Assembly: GCF_021869535.1 (NCBI RefSeq)
Contig: NW_026262668.1
Coordinates: 124,186,001-124,250,000 of the forward strand
Length of the DNA stretch: 64,000 nucleotides
Reading direction: 5' to 3'
DNA from: Mytilus californianus
Lineage: Eukaryota
Positions within the stretch are counted from its first letter, which is position 1. The number at the start of each line of letters is the position of its first letter. The notes below the pieces were generated by a model. That model was not told the origin of the DNA and made no database searches. It was given only the letters and a program-made list of their open reading frames with translations. Of the stretch, positions 13,330 through 25,300 are shown one piece after another. The translations under genes and the position numbers were made by a program.

Positions 13330-16300
13330 GTAAGTGAGACAAACTTTCTGTGAATGTTTTACTTTTTAGTTTTTATGAGGTGAGATATATATCCAATTAT
13401 CAATGCAAACAGACAAACTTAAAAAAAATATGATTGGTTTTGTGCCAAAATATAATTTGTGTTGTAACATATGACTATCTTGGTTCTAAATTAAGATTTG
13501 GCATTTACATGATATTATTTTCAGGTGTTTCATTATATAAATGTTAGGATTTTATTTTATTCTAGTATTACAGAAAGATTAGTGAAAAATCAGACATCAA
13601 TTTTTATACGACCGCAAAAATATTTTGGGGTCATATAATGCTATCACGTCGTCGTCAGCGTTGTTGTCGTCCGAAGACATTTGGTTTTCAGACAATAACT
13701 TTAGTTTAAGTGTATGGATCTCTATGAAATTAAACAAAAGGTTCAATACCACAAAAGGAAGGTTGGGATTGTTTTTGGGGGTGATGGTCCCAACCGTTTA
13801 GGAAATTAGGGGGCCAAAAAGGTGCCCAAAACAAGCATTTTTCTAGTTTCAGGACAATAACTTGTGTATAAGTATTTTGATTGCTCTGAAATTGTACCAC
13901 AAGGTTCAATACCACAAGTAGAAGGTTGGGATTCATGGGGTAATTGCCCAAACCATTCAGGAATTAGGGGCTAAAAAGGGTCTAAAACAAATATTTTTCT
14001 AGTTTTCAGACAATAACTTGTGTTTATGTGTACTGATGTCTCTTAAATTGTACCTTATTGTACGAAAAGAAAATTTCTTCAAACGTTATATTTTTTTGGG
14101 GTCACAATTTATTTTGCTAATTCTTTGTATATAGTCTGAAAACAGATTTACTAAGTATTGTGCAACAGCACAGTGTATTGCACAAAAGCAAGAAATCCTC
14201 AATTGAATATAAATTCAAATCATATAACCAATTTCAAGTTCTTTAACTACATTTATTTTGTGTTATATGTAAACTAGGCACAATGTCCACATTGTCTACA
14301 AAATTTGTTAACAAAATTCTAAACTGTAAAAAATATATAGTTACTAGCATTGTATACTTATATACATTGTATAAATAGTTCATGTAATAAACTTGAATTC
14401 AAATATAGAAAAATATTGTAACCCAACAACATAGTCATGTTAGTGAATTGTTTGAATATTTTTATTTGGGATGCAAAGGCCTTATAGAGGTATACTTTGT
14501 TCTAGTTCAATAATTAAAGCCAAATTAAAGCTGTTGTGAAGAAAAAATTAATTGAAGGGACAACTGCTTCATTTTTTGGTACAGCTGATAATTGACTTTT
14601 CATTGAGAGGGTCTCTGCCCTCCAGAATGTTGTACCCATTAATGTTTCACATCTGCAAGGTCTGCCTCCTTGTATATGATTGAAATATACAAGCCCTGTT
14701 GTTTGTTTATTACTTATGTAAATTATGACTGAGTATGGATCAAGTGTTAATGTTGTAGAAATATCTATCATCCTAAAGACAAGAAACTCAGCATCTGTTC
14801 TGAGGTAACTGTAAGGTAGATATTAGAGAGGATAGATAAGGGGGCAATAGGTTTTTATACGACCGCAAAAAAAAAATCTGATTTATATCAAATTTATAGG
14901 GGGAAAATTCAAAAGATGTATACTATAAACTCTACTATTTATACTTTAGAGTGACACAAAAAGGTCATGCACTTTCTATTTCTGTGGGTCAAGATATGCT
15001 TTAAATGTAAGTTAGAATGTTCCAGAAGAAATTTTATGTACATGTAAAGTGGGAGTTAAAATTAGGTGTGAAGCTAATTGGGTCACTTAAATGTATTTCC
15101 ATGAAAATTGATATGATCCTACATTGTTTAGCATAAGAAAAATGAAACTTTATATATCAATCAGAAATAAGGTTAGTAAAAAGTATAGGAAAACATAATT
15201 CCTCTTTATCCAGAACCTAGCCTAGCTGGAAAGATTTAGAAAGTCTATAAATTTTAAGTAGGTTTTCTGGCAGAAAATCCATTTTTAGCCGGATTTTCAA
15301 AGGAAAAATCAGTTATTGATTTGGGGATGTATGGCAGGCGGGCAGCCGCCAAACAGTGTCCGTTCATTAACATGAAAATTGCTTTGACGAAATCTTTTCA
15401 AATTTAGATACATTGTTTCCTGTGACAAAATGAAGGTCAAGTTCAATTTTCACGATTTTAGCTTTTCTCGTTGTTGAGTTGTAGACCTTTCAGTAGCGAA
15501 AAGTGATATTTATTATATGATTTATTTTATTTTGAGTTATTTCCCTTTGAACAGAAATGGTGTAATTAATAAGTATATGGATAGATAGTCTATCAATGAT
15601 TGTATCTGTTCAATTGATTTTAGTCAGGAGTTGTCAAAAATTTCTTTATAACTATTTTTTTTAAGTCATGTGTGTTTTGAAGGTAGATGTTACAGTTGTT
15701 ATGTGGTATTTTATTTTTGTTGGGTGTATTGATGTTTAATTTTTACTTGATCCTGTTTGGGGGTCCAGTTTTGCAAATATCATTTTCATGCAGGAAAATC
15801 TGGTTTGCTGTCACTCTGACAGCCTCTTGTTAGTGATTGAAATGGTCCCTGATTTTATGGAAAAAGGCACACTTAGTTGTTTCCATGCAATTATGACTTG
15901 AGAACTCTTCAACCAATGCTTTCAAATTTTTTGAATATGTTGTTCCTTATGATAAAATCAAGGAGATTGTATGAGAAGGAGAGTGCACGAAAGAAGATAA
16001 TTACACATAAAATGATACCGCCTTTTCGGTAAGTGGGTGTTAATTAGTTGAGATCGATTCGGTTGCAGAGGTAGACTTTGTCCTGATAACACATCTGAGT
16101 AAGAACGGAAACACCCGAAGTGTTATAAACCGACCAAGATATTACAAAATACGCCTGTGATCAATCATGGAAGTAATATCAAGTCAATATAATACTTCCA
16201 TGGATAAATCGACTTACATGTACTTACGTGAAGTGGAGGTTTGGCCAGGGTCCCAGGCTATAACAAAATACACACCGGATCACCGGGTTTGTATCATAGA

Positions 16301-19300
16301 TGTTTTGGGGTCGTAAAAACTTTGTCATTTCTTGGTCGTTTTCAACCGTAGTTAGACGATACACTTTAGAATTTTCCGTTAAAATGCTTTTGCACAGTAT
16401 TAACACCTGTAAATTGAATTGTTACGATAATTACACCTGTATTTTAATAACCCAGTCATAGATTACAATCATGTGACAGTAGCAATTTTCTTAATCACAC
16501 GGACTGTTCCCGGTAACAGCCTGGTACATTAGAGGGTCATATCAAGTTGGTGATAAACATGTCGGTATCTTTATATTTTCATCATTTTCATCTGATCGAA
16601 TTGTTATCCTGGGGATTCTTATTTAATTTTATATCAAGTAGAGTGTGCACTCTCCTTCTCATACAACCTCCTTGATAAAATAAAGGTCAAGTTCAATATT
16701 GACAGTTTGATGCTTTTATTGTTCATAGGTTATATCCCTTGATTGTGAACAGATATATCATGTTATGGAGGGGTATTTGCTAAAAATACCAGTCAAGGGA
16801 CAGTGAAATTTCCCAAGCCACTAGGCGAGGAAAATTTGGTCCCAAGACTGGTATTTTTCGCAAATACCCCTCCATAACATGATAGATCTGTTTAATTACA
16901 CCGAATAGATTTTGATTGAAACTGTCTGTACATGTGAATGGAAATCGTAGTACCGCGGGAATTATACATGTACTTATATGTTAGTGCTGTCTTTTTGTAA
17001 CGTCATGGTATATTTATGTGTAAACGTCATTGTTATTCGATTATTAAATCGTTCATTTGTATAGACATTTTTTTCCCCTCTTTATATGTATATTTCTGAC
17101 AGTTTTCGGTTTAACTCAATCAATAGTGCTTAACCATGTTGGCTGGATAAAGTGAGAAAGGTTCCGAATAATTTTGGCGGGAACAGGCTCGCGAGGGTAA
17201 AAAAGGAATATCCAAAATGGCAAATACCACGGCAGAGAGGGGAATTTGAGGCAAATTCACCGGCAGTGGTGAAAAAACAGGCAAATTCGTTTGAAATGAG
17301 GAAAAAATGTTAGAATATGCGAAAAATACAGTGGCTAACAACCAATCAAAATCAGGCATTCTTTATAAGGTGTAATTAATTGGGAAATAACACTTTATTT
17401 TCCTTTCGATAACCATTTAACCAATGGTTTTTAATTTCATTTTTTTTTTTCATTTCATAATAAAGGTCAAGTTGGATATTGATGATTTTCACTTGTGCCA
17501 ATTAGAGGTTATGGTCCTTGATTGAATGGAAAATGACTTGATGTCATTTTAGATTTTACGTGATAACTTGAGATGCTTGATCAGTCCTTTTCAAATTATA
17601 TATGTAGTTTCACATGACAAAATGAGGTCATGATGACACTTATAAATGTAAGAATAACCTGGTTTGCTGTTATTTGAACAGCCTATTGTCGAGATCTGAT
17701 TTATAAACTTATGTGTTTAGTGTGGAAAATACTTCAATAATTAAGTTCCTTTCAATCTAATGGGCAAAACAAATTTCATCAATTTGATTATTGTTCAGAG
17801 AAAATAATCCTTTTAACTTCAAAAGTGTAGTTTTCAATTGTTTTTCTGTATTGTATTTCCTGACCATTAATGTTTTTTACCCTTTGGGAATCCTCTTTTG
17901 TTTTATGTAGATCTGTTGCCAGACTCTGTTGACTAACAATAAATGATATATACTAGATAGAATCATTCTGAAAGAAAATGTGTGAAGATTCTTTTTTTAT
18001 AAAATGTTCATCATCCCACAAATCAAGAGTTGAATTGTTGAACACTATAAAAAAAAAAAAAATATTTCTGATGTTATTACCAAACACAATGAGGATATGT
18101 AGTACCAAACATGTTGGGTAAAAAAGTAAACAATTGATTTTATATAGCCTGAAATGGTTGTTTACTTCAGATGGTACTGTATATTGACACAGAGTGAGTA
18201 AAAATCCTTTCACCCCCTTTCCAAATTAAAACCAGTAACAATACATTCTGATATATTAATCAAACTCTTCATATCTCATTTCATTAAGGTCAGTTTGTCA
18301 GCATTCATGCTGAATATTATAAAAAGAGATGATGTTTTTAGTGTTTATCTAGAAAAGTCCAGAAGTGTGTCTGGGTTTCCATATTTCAGTCTTTTTCTGT
18401 TCTGTTCTTTCTGTTTATAGATAAGCTTATCTTCTATGAATTTAGGGGCCTAGGTGGAGGAATGGTCTAATTAGTTCATCTACTGTATCACTATAACCTG
18501 TCAATACTGAGGTTATGAGTTGGAACCCCACACCTGGCAGTGCGTTGGATTGCCATTTTTCCTGCTGAAGATTTGTTGTTATCTCTAGCAACTCCAGCTT
18601 ACTTCACCAATAAAAACTGGCTGCCACCATATAGTCAATAGTACAATGAATATATCAATCCTTGAATCTGATAGTTTGTTCTTTGGGTTTAAAGATAACT
18701 TGCCCTCCTTGAATCTGGGCTTAAAGATAGCCTACCTTCCTCGAGTCTGATATACCGTATAGCGGGTTATTTTCGCTTTATTTCGCGGATGGAACAAAAT
18801 CGCCAAAATAAATTCCACAATTTAAAAGTGCACATGCAAAGGTATTGAGAAAAGTTTTGAATCCGCCAAAATAATAATCACCAAAATATTTCATTTACCT
18901 TATTCAATGAAAATCGCGAAATTTTACACCCGCGAAAATAACCCGCTATACGGTCTCTGTACTTTGGGCTTTTTTGTGGGGTCTATTTATGCATGCCTTC
19001 TTTGAGTCTGATAGTTCTTTTTTTTTGGGGGGGGGGGGGGGGGGGAGGGGGGAGAGTATGCTAGTTTGCCTTTAAGGGTCTGATAATTATGTTCATTGTG
19101 TAGTCCTCATTTTTAGCATACATGCATTCCTCACCAAATATTTTTAAAATGTTTTAACCTTTATCAAAATAGTAAAATGAATACCTTAATATTTATTTGA
19201 GTTGTAAACCATCATTTCCCAAACCAAGTATAGAGAAAGGTTACAGCTAGAATTCAGCTTTTCTTGGTAGGGAAAACACTTTGTATATGTATACACAATG

Positions 19301-22300
19301 GTTTAACTCTCAAGATATAAGCATTAATGGGACAGCACACCATGTTTTTTAAATTAAAATTTCATTGTGCAATATTCATTAAAAGCTTAAAAACGCTGTT
19401 GTATAAAGGGCCCTGCTGACTGCATCAACACTACTTTACTGATAAATCTTGCATTAAATGTTGCCAGATGTGCATGTAAAAGCCTTGATAAATGTCTTCT
19501 GTTAAATTCGTCACAGTTTGATTCTACAACCTATGTGTTTCATGATAAGAACAACTACTATCATACCTTGCATTTCTTAATGCAGATTTCTTCACTACTT
19601 TAACATATGCATTTGATTTTATGCAACAGTTGCACACACATGCATACTGTGTTATGAAAACAATTGATAGTAGAATTTTAATGAGATATGCACATTGGAG
19701 TGTTTGCCTAAATAATCCCTGTCTGGGACCTCCTAATGTGTTTATATCATAAGATGTTGAAGGTTTATTTATTTGTTTTGTTTCTCTTTGTTTGTTTATT
19801 GGTAGAGGTCAGGCAGCAATACAGTTGTTTGTGTTGTCTTGTGACCTAGAAATAACTAATGACAAAACAGAGAAATGTTATTACACAGGAAACATGAATT
19901 TGAGTTATTGGGTTGCTGTCTTATTGATGTATACCCCTTAAGATCTCAGTAATCAGATTGGTACTTCAGACAACATAGAATTAATCCAAGAGTCCTCCAA
20001 GTTCTTCAGAACCCTAGTCTAACTGATCAATCATGAGAGAGTCACCTTAATAATAATTTAACACATTTTTTGTAAAAGCATAATTTTTATAGTTAAAATC
20101 CCTAGTTGGTCAATTCCATATGTAATTGTTTTTGTAGGTAGATTGGATCTGTTGGGGATTGGAGATAGATATTCAATGAACATTCTTCATATAACTTAAT
20201 TTTCTAAACGACTGAACCTGGAAAACTCATTTATAAAATGTGATTATACAACTTAATTAAATTTTGTATGAAAAAATCCTTTAAATTAAAAAATATTTCT
20301 CCAAATATCCATACTAATTTGGAAGCAAATTGAATTCCCATGGAAACCAAATTTATGACATTTTATTTTCTAAATCAAGAACAATGTAATTCTTCATTAT
20401 GTGTGGCTTTTAATATAATTAAACTATATAATACCTGTTATTAAATGCTTTAATCAGTTTGATATAGGGTGATAATGAACTGTGAAATGCCAGCTTTTTT
20501 CTGCAGTTTATAGCAGACTATATATCATCCATGTTTTAGAAAATTGGTAAATAACAAAATTGATTTTTAAAAGCCTGTTCTCAAAAGATAAGTCAAAATT
20601 GATAGTATTTATTGGAAAACTTAGGTTGGATATTGCATGTTAGAGAACACTATACAATTTCTATTTACAATCTTTATTATTTTAGATTTGTTTGTTTTCT
20701 AAAGTAGGGAACACACAAAGACTAGTTTTTTTTGTAATTTTTAGGGTAAACACACTTTTTGAACTACAACATGTATAGTTTAACCAATTTGAACTGATTG
20801 TGTGCTTTTGTATAAATTGTCATAGAAATGAATCAGTTTTTATAAACATTTACAGATGAAAAGCATGAAAATGAAGGTAATTGTATGATCTGTGTGCAGC
20901 AGCTTTTATGTGGGCTGTTATATGTCTTATTTTTTAGCTTACTGTTGTCATTTGATAATTTGGTCTTCTTTATTGGGTAAAATGAACACAGGACTTATAG
21001 GAATAGATATTAGAACAACAATTGTTGTAACTTGTGTAAAATGGCTAAAAAGAAGGATTTCATTTTGTCAATTGATGATCAAAATGAAACTTTAACAATG
21101 ATAACTTCTGGAATCTTTAGATAAACAGAAAGCAAACTTGGTACACAATTATCCTTGTCATTTCTACACATGGGGATGTTTGCCATTTCTATACATGGGG
21201 ATGTTTGTCATTTCTACACATGGGGATGTTTGCCATTTCTACACATGGGGATGTTTGCCATTTCTACACATGGGGATGTTTGTCATTTCTACACATGGGG
21301 ATGTTTGTCATTTCTACACATGGGGATGTTTGCCATTTCTACACATGGGGATGTTTGTCATTTCTACACATGGGGATGTTTGCCATTTCTACACATGGGG
21401 ATGTTTGCCATTTCTACACATGGGGATGTTTGCCATTTCTACACATGGGGATGTTTGCCATTTCTATACATGGGGATGTTTGCCATTTCTATACATGGGG
21501 ATGTTTGCCATTTCTATACATGGGGATGTTTGCCATTTCTACACATGGGGATGTTTGCCATTTCTACACATGGGGATGTTTGCCATTTCTACACATGGGG
21601 ATGTTTGCCATTTCTACACATGGGGATGTTTGCCATTTCTATACATGGGGATGTTTGCCATTTCTATACATGGGGATGTTTGCCATTTCTACACATGGGG
21701 ATGTTTGCAATTTCTGCATAAGGAGATGTTTGCCATTTCTATACATGGGGATGTTTGCCATTTCTAAACATGGGGATGTTTGCCATTTCTACACATGGGA
21801 ATGTTTGCCATTTCTACACATGGGGATGTTTGCCATTTCTACACATGGGGATGTTTGCCATTTCTACACATGGGGATGTTTGCCATTTCTACACATGGGG
21901 ATGTTTGCCATTTCTATACATGGGGATGTTTGCCATTTCTATACATGGGGATGTTTGCCATTTCTACACATGGGGATGTTTGCAATTTCTGCATAAGGAG
22001 ATGTTTGCCATTTCTATACATGGGGATGTTTGCCATTTCTAAACATGGGTATGTTTGCCATTTCTACACATGGGAATGTTTGCAATTTCTACACAAGGAG
22101 ATGTTTGCCATTTCTATACATGGGGATGTTTGCCATTTCTATACATGGGGATGTTTGCCATCTCTACATATGGGGATGTTTGCCATTTCTTCACATTGGG
22201 ATGTTTGCCATTTCTACACATTGACATGTTTGCCATTTCTACACATGGGAATGTTTGCCATTTCTACACATGGGCATGTTTGTCATTTCTACACATGGGG

Positions 22301-25300
22301 ATGATTGCCATTTCTTCATTTTGGGATGTTTGCCAATGCAGAATTTATTAATTGTAAACGGAGTGGAAAATAATTTGTCATTTATATGACCTCATTTTTG
22401 TTGCTGATATACTTTGGATAAGACAGCAAAGAGGAGACTTCTATTCTAACATCATCTGATATACTTTGGATAAGATAGCTAAGAGGAGTCTTCTATTCTA
22501 ACATCATCTGATATACTTTGGATAAGACAGCTAAGAGGAGACTTCTATTCTAACATCATCTGATATACTTTGGATAAGACAGCTAAGAGGAGACTTCTAT
22601 TCTAACATCATCTGATAAGCTTTGGATAAGACAGCAAAGAGGAGACTTCTATTCTAACATCATCTGACATACTTTGGATAAGACAGCTAAGAGGAGACTT
22701 CTATTCTAACATCATCTGATATGCTTTGGATAAGACAGCAAAGAGGAGACTTCTATTCTAACATCATCTGATATGCTTTGGATAAGACAGCAAAGAGGAG
22801 ACTTCTATTCTAACATCATCTGATATGCTTTGGATAAGACAGCAAAGAGGAGACTTCTATTCTAACATCATCTGATATACTTTGGATAAGACAGCAAAGA
22901 GGAGACTTCTATTCTAACATCATCTGACATACTTTGGATAAGACAGCTAAGAGGAGACTTCTATTCTAACATCATCTGACATACTTTGGATAAGACAGCT
23001 AAGAGGAGACTTCTATTCTAACATCATCTGTTATGCTTTGGATAAGACAGCAAAGGGGAGACTTCTATTCTAACATCATATGATATACTTTGGATAAGAC
23101 AGCTAAGAGGAGACTTCTATTCTAACATCATCTGATATACTTTGGATAAGACAGCTAAGAGGAGACTTCTATTCTAACATCATCTGATAAGCTTTGGATA
23201 AGACAGCAAAGAGGGGACTTCTATTCTAACATCATCTGGCATACTTTGGATAAGACAGCTAAGAGGAGACTTCTATTCTAACATCATCTGATATGCTTTG
23301 GATAAGACAGCAAAGAGGAGACTTCTATTCTAACATCATCTGATATGCTTTGGATAAGACAGCAAAGAGGAGACTTCTATTCTAACATCATCTGATATAC
23401 TTTGGATAAGACAGCAAAGAGGAGACTTCTATTCTAACATCATCTGACATACTTTGGATAAGACAGCTAAGAGGAGACTTCTATTCTAACATCATCTGAT
23501 ATGCTTTGGATAAGACAGCAAAGAGGAGACTTCTATTCTAACATCATCTGATATGCTTTGGATAAGACAGCAAAGAGGAGACTTCTATTCTAACATCATC
23601 TGATATACTTTGGATAAGACAGCAAAGAGGAGACTTCTATTCTAACATCATCTGATATACTTTGGATAAGACAGCCAAGAGGAGACTTCTATTCTAACAT
23701 CATCTGATATACTTTTGATAAGACAGCAAAGAGGAGACTTCTATTCTAACATCATCTGATATACTTTGGATAAGACAGCTAAGAGGAGACTTCTAACATC
23801 ATATGCAGTTTGATATAAATATTAGTGCCATATAAATTTAGATATGTATATAATTAAGATATTTTAAAGATATGATTTCCAATACTTAAAACTCTCAATT
23901 GTAATCTTTTTGTGTATCCATGGAAACAGTTAATTTGCCTTAAAATGTTGCAAAATGAGAGTTTAATTTAGTCTTTAGGCATTAAACAAAAAGGTATTTC
24001 AATGTCTTTGAAACCTTCTCTAAAAGAATAAACATGTATATACATGCAGGTCAAATGAAAATCATATGCTGTTTATCTCATTTTCTCATTAATTGGAATC
24101 ATTCTGTCAGGTATTTGTGAAAATTTGGTATGGTTTATTTAATTGTTGAATAAATTTAGCTATTATATATGCAAGATTTGGACATGGGGGCTGCAGTTTG
24201 AAATATTGCTATGGCGTGCTTCTTGTTGATTTTACTAAAAAAAAATTATTTGCAGTCAAAAAAGAGTGCATTATATTGCTTTAGTACGTCAGTTAACAAT
24301 TTTGCAAGTGTACTTAAAAAGGAAATCCAGTTATCATTGCTTTATCAATCCGCTTTTTATACGACCGCAAAAATTAAAAATTTTTTGGTCGTATATTGGT
24401 ATGACGTTGGCGTCGTCGTCGTCCGGCGTCGTCGTCGTCGTCGTCGTCGTCGTCTGGCGTCGTCCGAAGACACATTGGTTTTCGCACTCTAACTTTAGTT
24501 TAAGTGAATGGATCTCCATGAAATTTTACCATAAGGTTCAATACCACGAAAGGAAGGTTGGGATTGATTTTGGGGGTTATGGTACCAACAGTTAAGGAAT
24601 TAGGGGCCAAAAAGGGGCCAAAAATAAGCATTTTTGTAACTTCCAGACAATAACTTGTGTGTAAGTGTATGGATCTCTCTGACATTGTACCACAAGGTTC
24701 CATATCACAAAGGAAAGGCTGTAATTGATTTTGGGGGTAATTGCCTCAAAATTTAAGGAATTAGGGGCCAAAAAAGGGGCAAAAAACAAGCATTTTTCTA
24801 GTTTCATGACAATAACTTGTGTGTAAGTGTTTGGATATTTCTGAAATTGTACTACAAGGTTCCATATCACAAAGGGAAAGCTGGAATTGAGTTTGGGGGT
24901 AATTCCCCGAAACGTTTAGGAATTGGGGGCCAAAAAGGGGCCAAAAATAAGCATTTTTCTAGTTTCCAGACAATAACTTGTGTTCAAGTGTATGGATCTC
25001 TCTGAAATTGTACTGCAAGGTACCATACCACAAAGGGAAGGCTGGGATTGAGTTTGGGGGTGATGAATCATAAGGGGGTTCAAAAAATTTGGGGGGGGGA
25101 TTTTTTTTTTCTTTTTTTTTCTTTTTTTCCTTTTTTTTTTCTTTTAAAATTTTCCATTTTAAGTTGGTTATTTCTGATTAATATTTAAAAGCAAATAATA
25201 ATGATATGGTAGGAGATACACACCAAACAGGATGTGTAAATTATTATCTAATAAGTATTGTGCAATAGCAAGAAATTTTCAATTGCACAGTATTGCACAA

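Noticed and set aside
14852-14875. Additional HINE family A element
   Set aside because: Only the ~20-bp 5' terminus (ttttatacgaccgcaaaa) is present, too little to annotate as an element.
18445-18530. tRNA gene
   Set aside because: The A and B boxes are degenerate, there is no cloverleaf, and a SINE-type body follows.
21138-22351. Long Cys/His-rich ORFs (HGDVCHFYTWGCLPFLHMGMFAIST repeats) that look like a metal-binding protein
   Set aside because: They are the translation of a 25-bp minisatellite. The same peptide appears in all three + frames, and there are no splice signals linking it to the gene.
8124-23801. The 41-, 69-, 77- and 52-bp arrays as CRISPR-like repeats
   Set aside because: They are head-to-tail tandem repeats without spacers.
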